From contig CAJINV010000005.1 of the NCBI GenBank assembly GCA_905178155.1, forward strand, positions 4,837,394 to 4,901,393: a stretch of DNA of 64,000 nucleotides. The letters run 5' to 3'. The DNA is from Amoebophrya sp. A120 (taxonomy: Eukaryota; Protista; Dinoflagellata). Position numbers and translations under genes: made by a program. Shown in pieces: positions 12,801 to 24,342 of this stretch (positions are counted from its first letter, which is position 1; every line of letters begins with the position of its first letter). A model generated the notes under the pieces. That model was not told the origin of the DNA. It saw only the letters and a list, made by a program, of their open reading frames with translations, and ran no database searches.

Positions 12801-15800
12801 GAGGTCTTCTTCGGATCCGACCAAATCCACCGCACGCCGTGTCCCTTGCCGGTGAGTTGCGGCTGGTAGGCAAAGGAAGCAGCGATTTCTTCCTCTTTCG
12901 CTTGTAGCTGTTTCGCGAATTCCGCTTTTTTCTCCTTCAATGCGAACACGTTCGCAATGCGCTGGTCCGCTTTCGTTTCGACGTGTGCTTCATTATTTTC
13001 GCTATCATTTTCTTTTTCCTCATCATCGCTGTTTTGAAAATCTTCCTGGTCATCTTCGCTGGCGTTGTGGTCTTGCTGACCATCGTCACTCCCCCCTTCA
13101 CCCCCCTCGTTCTTATACCTCCCTTCCCTCCACCGTTTCGTCCCGCCGACGTTCTTGCTGACAAACAGCTTCCCGTGCTTCATTTCATTCTGATTCGCCG
13201 GTTTTCTCTTTCGTTTTTTCTTCAATTTCTCCTGTTCTTCCAGCTCCTTTTCCCCTTTTAACTTCAACTCCTCCGCCTTCTTAATCTTCGCTTTTTCTTT
13301 ATCGGTGCAGTACACGTAGCAGAGGTGTTTCTTCTCCTGTTGAATTCTCCACTCAATTGCCTTCTGCTTCGTCCGCTCTACCTCCTCCTCAATCTTGTCC
13401 TGATCGTACTCCCAGTTGGAAATCTGCGGCACAAACAATTTCCGCAGGGTCTTCTTTTTCGAAACGGTCAATTGCGCGATCCAGCAGGGAGGACGGAACT
13501 GCTGCTGTTTTGCTTTTCGTTTTGTACTATTTTCGTTTTCGTTCATATCATTTTTGTCATCATCATCCTCAACATCGGAGTTATGATTCTCATCCTGCTC
13601 ACCGATGAAGACCTTGTTGTTCGGCCGTCCGTCGGCGAAGTCATCGTCCGAAAAATTCAGGGGGTTGTCGTCCAACACTAACTTTCCGTACGCCGCATTG
13701 TATTTCGTGCCCATCAAGCTGCCCTTGCTGTTGGAGCGGGAATTGTTCTTCAACGCGGAGAATGGGTTGGGATCTTCACTAGTACAACCATTGTGTAGTA
13801 GTTCTTGTTCCTTTTCCTTGTCCTTCTCTTTCTTCGCATTGTTCCCTCCATCCCCAAACCTATCAAATGCAAAAGTGTCTGGGTCTGGAATGTTGCCGGG
13901 TTTGTCATGCATATTTTCCATGGCCCAGGATGTCTGTAATGCACGGCCTAGCATCACACATTTTTAGAGGGCTTCCCGATGCCTATCCCGCATGACAAAT
14001 GCCCTCCCCGCTTAGCACAAACTGGGCTTCTATTGCTGGTCATGCAATACAGATTTTTTTAGAGTTCAAAGTTAGCATCACAAGTTCCAACCTTCCAGAC
14101 CCAGACATTTTTACATTTGATAAAACCACCCTTTCCGCCACGTCACGCCGGGGTAGCCAGATTGTCGAAACGTATGACAGTGCACAGCTCCGCCTCCCCC
14201 TCCTTTGTCATGCAAAATACACAAAATCCAGGGTGTGCCTCTTGGCACTGTTTGCATGACAAGAAGCTACTCCGGAAGAAGCCCAAACGCTACTACACTC
14301 CTGCGCAAATTTGTCATGCGAAACCCGCATTCTAGCTGGCGCTTCTATTGCCGCTGATGCTACATGAATGAGGGCAAGGGGAGTTGTGCGCTCTCATAAA
14401 ACGCCGGCACCTTGTATTTTCGTCTCCACATCGGGTACTGCCCGGTCTTCTTGTGCATGATTGCGATCGCCTTGATGTGCTCCGCGCGGAGGGTGATCAG
14501 CGATTTTTTGTACTCCAACGCGTCGTCTAACGCACGGGATTTCGCGCGTTCAAATTTCTCCTCTGCTGGGTCGTCTGGGTGGATGTAGGGGAGGATGGGG
14601 TAGTCTTGAACAACTTTGAGGAGTTCGCTTCTGTTCTGCTTTATTTCTGGCGCGCTTTCTGTGTCTGCTTGGAAGAGGTTTTTCTTTTTAGTCTTCGTTC
14701 CCTCGGGGAAATAATCGTCTTCGTCATCGGACAGAACTTTCTCGTCCATGAAACTATCCGTCGTCTCCTTATCCTTGAACGGATTACTCACCGCCTGGTG
14801 GTATGCATTGCAAAAGTCTCGCACTCGTGCTAATTGCGGGTATGCATGGCAAATCTAGCTCTCCAAGATAAACCAGGATGACAAACTCCATGTGGCATGC
14901 CCAGAAAATTTGTAATGCAGTTTGTACTTGAGTACGCTACTTTTGCAGTGGATAGGTGGTGACACACTCGCCAGTAGCTGTAATTGATGTTTTTCGGCTC
15001 ATATTTGAACTGGACTCCCCGGAGGCCGGAGAAATCCGTCGCGTTTTCCCCCGTGAAGTCCTTGATTTTCCGGATGCGCTTCTTCAGCAGCGGCTTTACT
15101 TTCTTAGATGTTCGTGCGTGGTGCCTGTTTCTTTCAGATTTATGCTGCTCATCCCATTCGTCATCTTGCTCTTCGTCGCCGTTTTGGTCTTCGTCAGATG
15201 CAGCGAAATCATCGCCATCTTCATGAAACTTGCGGCGTCGTCGATGTTTTTCCTTCTTCTTTCGTACAAAATCATCATACTCTTCCTCCGAATCATCCTC
15301 ACTCGAAGCCGGACCTTCTGATTGTTCCGAAGAACTACTACTGTTACTGCTGCTGCTGCTACCCATCAATTCTTTCAGCTCCGGTAAATTCTCGCCTAAC
15401 TTGTTTAAGCCCAGAATATCCTCCTTCTTTTTCTTACCCTGTTTATTTTTCCCTCCTGCTTGTTTATTGCTTCTGTTGTTCTTTCCCAAAACCACATCTG
15501 ACGGCAACGCGTGCAGCACTTCCTGCCCGTACGCAGTGGGGTCGAAGTTGATTTTGCCGAGAAAATTCACCTTCTCCATGTCTTCTCTTATCAAAACATT
15601 CCCACCGCTCGCAGAGATGAGAGCTCCTGTGTGGTTTATTTCGTCGTTGTTCTCCTCTTCGACAAGCAAGTCACGACCGTCTTTCAGATCGACGAGTTGG
15701 AACTGTTTTTCGTAGTCTCTTTCCAACTTCTTCAATAGTTGCTTCTTCTCCTTCGTGGAATAGGACTTGACTAGTAACTCCTGTTGGAGTTGGAAACTCA

Positions 15801-17463
15801 CCGCGTCTCTTTTAATTTTCTCATGCTCCCTCTTCCGCTTCTTCCGCTCCACAAGCTGCTCATCGAGTGGCTCATCGTCATCCCGCTTTTTCTTTTTCAC
15901 AGCGACTACTTTGTCACTTTTGCTCTTCATCAAATTATCCCCACCGGATGATGCCCGGGAATTCTTCGAACTGCAGCCGCTGTTCTTGGAGTGTACACGA
16001 CCTCTCTCGTCAAGATTAAAAAACGCGGGCGTGGCCGAAGGGTTGATGTCGATGACCGCGGGGGTGGCGGAGGGGTTGAAGTCAGCCGCTCTTTGGTGTG
16101 CATAAGGATCAACATCCTCGTACAACTTTGCACTTCTTTTTTTGCTCTTCTTCTTCCCAGCACCGCGCGCTGCGTTCTTGTTTCCTTTCGCGGTGCCAAG
16201 AGGCTGGTCGTACTGCAGGTGCGAAATGAAATTTTTCGTTATCCCGGTCACCGGGTCGCACGGCGTCATACCGGCGTAGTTTTCCTCATCCCGTTCTACT
16301 TCCGAATCTGGATCGTTCAACAAATCATACACTGTCGTCTCCCCACCATAATTGATGTGCCGGAAGTTTTTGTTATTTTTCGACCCCCTGTGGTTGTGGC
16401 TTTGACCAGCTGGTGCGCCGGCGCTGCTTTTGGAAACTGATCTGGAAGATTTGGAAAACATCCGGTTTAAGACCGTCTCGTTTTCTTCTAGCACTTTGCT
16501 CACTTGCTCTGGGTCGGAGGGGTCGATGGATGAACACTTGATGTTCCCTTTTGTTCCCTTATTCATCGCGGAGGAACAACCGGCTGCAGCTCGTGCACTA
16601 GCTGCTTTAGTATCAGCAACACTTCTGCGGGAAGAAGTTTTCTGCGCCTTTTTCTCCTTCTTGTCCGCATAGGTGTCAATTTCCGCGTATGCTGCGCAAA
16701 AGTATCGCACTCGTGTCGTAGTAATTGCAGTTATGCATTACAGATCTTTGCCTTAAGGCAAATCCGCATTACGAATTTCATTTCTCATGCTGAGAAAATT
16801 TGTAATGCATTTATACGAGTACTGCGATACTTTTGCAGTGCATACCGCGTCCAGGTCGGCGATTTCCTTTCCCAGCTTCGTGTTCAAAGCCAGCATGAAC
16901 GCCATGGGGTCGCTTTTATTCGTTTGCAGCAGGAGGTGTTGAAGAGAAGAAGAGGAAGAGGCAGGTGGCACGATTTCAGGCTGCTTGTCGTAGTTCTTCC
17001 CGGCTGTAATGATTTTCGATTTAGATGAAGAACCGTTGCTCTCCACAACATCCGCATTTATTTTCGGCTCTTCCTGCTTCTTCACCTTCCGTCGCTTTGG
17101 TTCTGGGGATGATCCTCGTGGGAGTTCATGATTTTCATCTGCCTCGTTGTCATCCACGTGATCCGGTTCGTGTTTTACAACTTGTTCCAGCTCCTTCTTC
17201 ACTTTAGAAGTCCCAGCAGCAGCTTTAGAAGTCGCAGCATTTGCTCTTTTGGGAGCTTGTTCAGGTTTGATCTTAATATTCCTCGTCGCGGTACTAGTAC
17301 CTGACGCTTCTTTTCGCTTCGTCCCAGTTCTGGAAGATGCTGGCTTAGAACTTGTCGTGGCCGCAGACTTTTGTTGGGTGGATTTGCCGTTTTTATGAGG
17401 CTTCGACGACGAAGACGCAGCGGTCGAGCCGGTCAGCCGGGTTTTGGAGGAAGTAGCAGGCAT
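9808..17463 (-). CDS. Large (about 2000 aa) acidic/basic low-complexity protein with two AP2-like (ApiAP2-type) domains, 7 introners
   Basis: Spliced reading gives SGYPGVTWRKG...CWIAQLTVSKKKTLRKLF...TKQKAIEWR and GHGVRW...YWWARF...DAREKAIEK. The junctions restore frame. Confidence 0.65.
11618..11899. mobile_element. Introner family D (TIR tatcctgagtaaaaacgt.cccac.ccagagt)
   Basis: TSD gtctc/gcctc. Confidence 0.85.
11950..12239. mobile_element. Introner family D
   Basis: TSD gcatg/gcatg. Confidence 0.9.
12517..12758. mobile_element. Introner family A
   Basis: TSD gggga/tggga. Confidence 0.85.
13861..14122. mobile_element. Introner family A
   Basis: TSD aaacc/aaacc; close internal match to 3932-4193. 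Confidence 0.9.
14173..14398. mobile_element. Introner family C
   Basis: TSD aaacg/aaacg. Confidence 0.9.
14802..14954. mobile_element. Introner family B
   Basis: TSD ggtgg/ggtgg. Confidence 0.9.
16688..16844. mobile_element. Introner family B
   Basis: TSD ccgcg/ccgcg. Confidence 0.9.
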
Positions 17464-17793
17464 TTTGATGCTCGTCGTGATAGATTCACATGCAGCTACG
17501 GCTTTAGTTCCTAGAAGTTGGCGGTGCTTAGTAGTAGTGCGTCCTTCTTTTTATTTCTCGCTGCGCTAGAATTGCTGGAAGATGGAAATCAGAAACATGA
17601 CATAAGCACAACTCCGTGTCGTCTCCTCGCTCGACGCCAGCTATTGACGAGAATCGAGACAGATGTGAAGACCCTCGCTCTGAGCGACCCTGCGCTTGCC
17701 TCTCAATCCGCACTCAAGATTTCCATTTCCGCTCCGAATTCCGGCGCATGAACACGAACGAAGAACGAATAGATAGTACAAGGTGGCGACGAT

Positions 17794-18963
17794 TGTTTGT
17801 GTGAGAATATACATGAGGAGCAACCGGTGTGCTTGCCGTCCATGTGCGATCGGAGGCGCACGAACCTCCCGGAAATCGCAGTCCGCCGGCCGCGGGCCGG
17901 GGTTCGCATGCCGCGCCACTGCATGCGCCGAAAAAAACACTGCGGCCGCCACGGCATGCGCCGAAGGCGAAGAAATTGCCTGCGTGCGGGGGCCCAAGAA
18001 AATATAACGGCGGCAGGCACATACAGAGGCAGCGACACAGCAAAAACACCAGGCCCCGGAGGGGGGGGGCGGCGCGCGTGCGAAACAGGCTACAGCCTGA
18101 ACCTGCCGCGCGCCAGCTAGGCGGAACCCGCGGCCGGCGCGGGCTGCATGCAATCGGGGCAAGGCGGCGAAGGACCACGAGGGACCCAAGAGTAGAGCGG
18201 GCGCGCTACTACAAGCCGCACCCTTGTACTCTTGCGCCAGAACTAGGCGCATGCGCGTAACGTCTGGCATTCCTGCTGTGTACACTGTCGCCGTAGATCG
18301 CGCCCTGATTGGAGTCTTGCGTCCCAGGCGAGTGCTCTACGCCACAAGCAGGGAAGCCACACGGGGGCGCCGCCCTGATGAAGTAGGCCGGCCGCCGGCC
18401 GGCGGGCGTCGTCAGTCTGCCTCCCTTTAAACGACGCCGGCTCTCGCAAGCACTGCAGGCCGCCCGGTTCTCGCAAGCACTGCAGGCCGTCGCCCGACTG
18501 CCTGCGTTTCTTGGTGGGCCCCCCCGCTAGCGGCCCGGCGCCGCCGGGAGGCCGGAGCGAACAGAGGCACGCGCAGGGCCCCGGGCCGGCCCATCAGATG
18601 CGCCGACGGCGCCACTGCCCCACCCGGCCCCGTTTTTCGGGACGGGCGCACCTTGGGGGCCTTGTCTCCGGGGCCGCATCATGGTCCCGCCCGCACTCCC
18701 TTCCGGCAAACCACGCGGGGCGGGACGGGCTTCCTCGCTTGGGCCGCTCGGGACATCTCGCCGCGGCGCTTGTTCGAGTTGCTCTCGAGGGTCTTGTCGA
18801 CGGGCGTCGGGCGCTACGGCTCCGCGGCAAGGAGGGCCGCTGCCTCGGCGGCAAGCGCCGGCCTCCCTTCGCGCCCTGCCACATGCGCCGAACCCGGACG
18901 ACGTCCCGCGCGTTGCGGGGCAAAAGGGCCGAAGCGCGTGCGGCAACCACCCCAGTCTGAACA
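17794..18963. mobile_element. GC-rich intergenic island, possible solo LTR or TE remnant
   Basis: Abrupt GC increase, no credible ORF, candidate tgtt...aaca ends but no TSD; internal tandem tctcgcaagcactgcaggcc twice (about 18443-18488). Confidence 0.35.
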
Positions 18964-19717
18964 GAAAGGGGACCAGTCTCGTCATCGTTGGCTACAATGA
19001 ACGAACGCTATGTAAATGACAAAGCCGGGTGCAAGGCGAACACGTGAAAAAATCAACTTCACCACATTCTTACTTCCGCGGCAAAAACACCACTGCTCTT
19101 GCTCTCTTTTATTTCCCAGCTCAAAGTGGTCAAGTCGTTGTTCAATTGTCGAATTATTCAAGGTTTGTAATGCGGAATATTCATTACAGTGTCGCGTCAA
19201 ACTTATGTACAATGTGTCGCTTGATAATCATGTCGAGTTCATCTCAAGAACTTCGCGGTCCGATCCGAAGCCCTTCTGGCAGCGCCTTCGAGCAGCCTGA
19301 TCCTGTGCAAGAACTTTTTCATTGAAAAATTCTCCATCGTTCTTCTTTGATGTAAAACAAAGTGCTTTTTCCGTTGATAAACTTTTGCGATTCAGAGCCC
19401 TTCTACTTCCGTAGCACAGCGCCTCTCGTCCTGTCGGAAGCAATTGTTGTAGGTTGTTAAACTTTTGATAAACTTTTGCGATTGATACTTTCTACCGGCC
19501 GTAATCATGCCTCACGCCCTCGCAGCAAACCGACTAACAGGAGAAACCCGTTGCGGACATGCTCGCAAAGAACGTCGACGCCTGTAGAAGTTCTAGCTGC
19601 TGTTAAACTTTTGCGATTGATAAACTGTTGACACGAATTCGAGTGTAAGTACGGGTAGAGTTTCCAATTCTTCTCTTCCAGTGGTTCCACCTCCGGCACT
19701 GAAGATTTGCTCCATTT

Positions 19718-22700
19718 TTACCACTTGTAAACAATCCCGGATCCACTGATACTTGGTTGCCCCACCGTACTCTTCCACGGTTTCTTGTTGGGGTTGGAGA
19801 TTTTGTGTAACTGCTGCGAGATTTTTCCCGTGACGCTGCTGTATCAAATGTAAAAATGTCTGGGTCTGGAATGTCATGCTAAATCTGAATCAGGCAAAAA
19901 ACTGTGTTGCATGATTGCCAAAAGTTGTGCAGTTTTGACCTAAGTAATCAAGAGGCAGGTTCTCATGCAGGATAGACATTAAAAAGGTTTTGCAGAATCT
20001 GTCATGCTATGTCCTACATACCAGACCTCATGGGTTATGGAAAACCTGCATGACAAGTCTGGCAATTTTCCAGACCCAGACATTTCTACAATCCATATGC
20101 TGGGGTCTTCCCGCATTTTGCGTTTTGCGGGTGCGTTGGAAACCGGGAGGTCTTGGAGGGAAAACACCTGATAGATAGTTGGGTTTCAATTTATTCGCAA
20201 ATGCGCATGACAAACTCACTGCATCAAGCGGATTTCTAGATAGTTTCACTGACCCTCATACTTACTCCTGTATGGAAAAAACCCCATGAGAAACTACTTA
20301 CACCCCTAAATAACCTATTTCGGCATGACAAAAAACTACACATGAAGTAGAAGATCCAAAACAATCTAAATACTGGTTTCTCCATGGGCATGACCGCGTG
20401 TCTCATTTTCGCCCGCTCTGCGTGCACGAGCTCATCTTCCTTCGACGGTGCCCATATTGCGTTCAACTCGCGCTCGGTTTTTTGCCTTTTCCCCGCAAAT
20501 TCGTCCACGTTCCCGGATTGGACTAGGGCGAGTTGCTGTGCGCTCGACGGCAAAGTACCGTTGTGTAACTCCGGATTCACCGCTGCGCCGTCCATTATCT
20601 GGGCGGTTTTTGCGACTCTTCTGCCGTTGGCGTCTACCTCCAGCGCTTCGTCTATCCAAGAAAAAAACCGTGTTAGTGTAAGTCTTTTGGGAAAACAGCA
20701 TCACAAGTTTGTCTGCCATGACAGGAAAAACTTGTTATGCGCAGATAGGAAGGGGAACACATAGGAACCGAGCCGATCATGCATGTCGAGCATGACAAGT
20801 GCAACTGTTTGGCATTTTCTGCATCACAAATTTACACTTACACGGTTTTTTCTTGCATATCGTCCTGCAGAGCGTTATTGTCCTCATCATCCCGGGCGCG
20901 CTTCCCCGGGGCGCCGGTGACGTACTGGACCCAGGTATCAAATGCAAATGTGTCTGGGTCTTCTGGAGGACTGCAAGCCTTCTCATGCAGGTTTTCCATG
21001 ACCCATACGGTCAGCAATGCAGGATCTGGCATGACAGATTCTGCAAGATCTCTATGATCATGCATATCCTGCAAGAGAGATTCATTCCCGATCAACTTGG
21101 TCAAAAGAGGGCAACTTTTGGTTGTAATCATGCAACACAGATTTTTGCATCATCCAGTTCTGGCATGACAAGTTGGAGCTCTTCCAGGAGACCCAGACAA
21201 ATTTGCAATGCATACCAGGACATCATCAGCGCTTGTGCCTTCGACCGCACTTGATTCGGGTACTTGCGTATGCAGTGCAAAAATGTCTGGGTCTGGAAAA
21301 TTGTGATGCTGTTTGGCAAATCATGTGGACGCCTTCATTGACAGCCAAGCATGACAAGTTTTGGAGTTGCTAGAGTGTTGCCTATCTGCATGACAAACTG
21401 CGTTTCTGCATGACAGAGAAATGTGGCTTTTGTGTGGCGCGCATGACAGACTTGAAAGCCATGCTAGGTGTGCATGACAAACCCGGCACTCTTCTAGACC
21501 CAGACATATTTGCAGTTGATATTCCGGTCTTTCGCGATGCGGCGCATGGTCACGCCTGTCATAGTGTAGTTCAAGTTTATTTCGTTTTACGCAGGAGCTG
21601 ACGCGTGTCATAGAAGTTGAGTTTCAATAGTCTAGTTTTGACTTTGAGAACAATCTCAAGCTACCATGCATCACAAATAAGCAAAACTTCATCTAATACC
21701 TATTCCGCTATCCACAATATCTTCCTTCTCCACATGCGTTCCCAACTGTTCCAAACAGTACAAGACCCCTTATCCACTGCAAAAATGTCTGGGTTTGGAA
21801 AGTTCTGATGCAGGTCAGTGAATAGTACGCACTCTGGAATGCAGCGCCAAGCACGACAGATTTTTCCTCGGTGGCGTTGTGTTGCGTATTCCGCATGAAA
21901 GACAGCGTTCTTGCATGACAGACCAGAGGAGCTGTTGCTCGCTACGCAATACAAAGCTCAGGGTCATGCCAGACTAGCATGACAGGTCCCGCATTCATCT
22001 TCCAGAGGACCCAGACATATTTGCAATGGATACCCCTTCTATGACGCTCATTGGCGGCTCTGCCCGGTCGTCATCTTTGTAACCCTCGCCGCGGACCGGA
22101 TTTATCCAGTCATTGAGCACTTCGACGCCTGTGGTTTTGATATTTGAGAAGATGTTGTAATGACTCTTTGCAACAACGAACCCGAAAGAACTTGTCATGC
22201 GGATTCTCCTCGCATGTGCAAATTGATATGTCATGCGAACAGCATCTTCGTATATCAAAAATCGTATACCTCTCTCAGTGACGAAGTAACTCTTAAAGCC
22301 CTGCCGGTTGATTAATTTTTTCACATTGTCCATTGCTCTGGCCTTGTGCAGTGCCGGTCTGCCGTTCGCGATTTCGCGGATTATCGTAAGGAAAAATCCC
22401 CCCTCCCCATATTGAAAACGTATCCGTCTGAAAAATTGTGATGTGCATTTGTGACCTCAAATCCTGTCTGTCTTGCAAGAAGGCAAGTCCAGAGAGCGCC
22501 CCGCATTTTGCAGGCCGTTTGTGATGCTGTTGGGCTTAGAGCATGCACGTTTGTCATGCTAGGCGCCTACGTCAAAACCTCTCGACTGAGGCTTGGCATA
22601 TGCCTGCAGTCCTCTACTGCAAGACAAATCTGATTTGTGTACGGAAATCCAGCATCAGAAGCTTCGTTTCGATATGGGGGCGGGGGATTTTTCTTTTCAA

Positions 22701-23409
22701 TACGGATGTCGTTTTCGTGATAAGTCTCCATGTATTGGACCTGAGACGGAAATTGTAATAGATATGGAACGATAAAACTCAAATTGCAACACAAAGAGCG
22801 TTGCTTTCGTCTTCATGCGCCAGAAGGAGAAATCTGTCATGCAAAAACTGAAAAAAATGTCGACAACCACATTATCACAAAACAACTTCTATACCAGCAT
22901 GCTCGCCTGTTTTCTGCTATCTTTGTCCTTAATTTTCATCCCGGCTCTGGCCACCTTTTTCGACTTCGCTATCCTATCCAACGCCTCTTCAAACGCGTTT
23001 TTTGGCTTTTCCGCCTCCTGCTCTTCTTCCCCCTCGAGGTACTCCCCCTGGTGTCCCATCGCCTGGTACTCCTTAACTCTCTGCCCAAATTCGTCATTGT
23101 CATCAAACACGGGCGCTGCCTGCTGGGCCAAGCCGTCAATGTCGCCGAAAATGTCCTCCTCGATATTTGCAGCGTCGGAGGTCGAAGTATGCTCAGCAAA
23201 AATATCGCACTCGTAGTAATTGCATTTATGCATTACAAATCTCGTTGCCAAAGCAAACCAGCATGACAAACTCCATTTGTCATGCTGAGCGAATTTGTAT
23301 TGCAATTACTACTATATACGATAGACTTTTGCAATTCATACGTGGGGGGTTGGGGAATCGCTTCGTCGAAGAATTCGTCGAGCTCGTCACGTGGCGCTTC
23401 TTCGGCCAT
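19718..23409 (-). CDS. IWS1: IWS1/Spn1 transcription elongation factor (TFIIS N-terminal-like domain)
   Basis: Spliced sequence NDIREIANGRPALHKARAMDNVKKLINRQGFKSYFVTERGVEVLNDWINP...VLYCLEQL...DSGIGVTMRRIAKDRKYPNQVRSKAQALMMSW matches the IWS1 core pattern (KPA.KK, SGV...EWL.P, SGIG, A..LI..W). Contains 7 introners and 4 GT-AG introns. Confidence 0.85.
19842..20097. mobile_element. Introner family A, inverted relative to the 3932 copy
   Basis: TSD tgctg/tgctg. Confidence 0.9.
20653..20859. mobile_element. Introner family E (TIR tat.caagaaaaaa.ccgtgt.agtgta)
   Basis: TSD tcgtc/tcgtc. Confidence 0.9.
20936..21214. mobile_element. Introner family A
   Basis: TSD ccagg/ccagg. Confidence 0.9.
21269..21521. 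mobile_element. Introner family A
   Basis: TSD ttgcg/ttccg. Confidence 0.85.
21771..22032. mobile_element. Introner family A
   Basis: TSD cccct/cccct. Confidence 0.9.
22382..22702. mobile_element. Introner family F (TIR tat.....gaaaaatccccctccccatat.gaaa)
   Basis: TSD cggat/cggat. Confidence 0.9.
23188..23340. mobile_element. Introner family B
   Basis: TSD cgaag/cgtgg (degenerate); frame restored. Confidence 0.8.
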
Positions 23410-24342
23410 CTTGGAAGAGGGTGGAATGCGAATGTGTTCGAGGATAGAAGTACTGAAGGAAAAACAAGTGTAGTCGTGAAGCTAATTTCTACCTTTGGTA
23501 CGGTCAAATCATTTCTAGCGGATGATAAGGGTAAATAAAAATTTCTACTTGTGTAAAAAAAATTTCACTCAGTGGTTTTGTTTTGACCTGCACAACGACA
23601 TTTATTTTGGAATAAAAGATGTGCTACAACTCAAGAACAATACTGTCAGCTTGACTGCTATTTTCCAGCTTGTCCCTCGTCTCAGCGTGAGTAGATCAAC
23701 CATCCTCAGCGAGATAAAATAGTAGAAGATTCAATTTGAGCTCGGCAAGAAATCATAGCTTTTTCGAACTGGCAGAAATTTGGTGACCGCACTTCCGATC
23801 CACCTATCAGCTTGACCGAGAACTATCTGTGGAAACAGCTTTACCTGTTTCCAGAGAAGAACAGATACCATTTTACTCGATCAACCAAGTTTTTAGGTGC
23901 TTTGGTGAGCAGATGCGACCTTGCATTTGTCAAGGGCGATGATTCTATTAGCGCTGCTTCTGCGGTTTCATTTCATCGTGCGAGTAAAAGGACTCACCAA
24001 CTTCGAAGGCGACGAACTTGCCGCAGTTTTGCCACATTTGCCATTACCATCTTCTGCAACACGAAGAACCTTGGATCTACAGTGTCATTCAGGCGTATTT
24101 ATTCTGTTACTATCCATTCTCGATCATAACTGAGAAAAGTGTATACTTTATCATTCAAGAAAACCCCGTTCGCTGTCGGAAAGAGAAAACTTCCGAGTGC
24201 GGACCAGATTTTCGATTTCATCATATCATTCCATGCGAGGACGACTCTACTTCTACTATGCGGGACAGCAAGCAGGAAGATGTTGATGATCACAGAGCAG
24301 CACGCCTGCGGAACCTGCACCAGCAGAGCGGAGCCATCCCTA

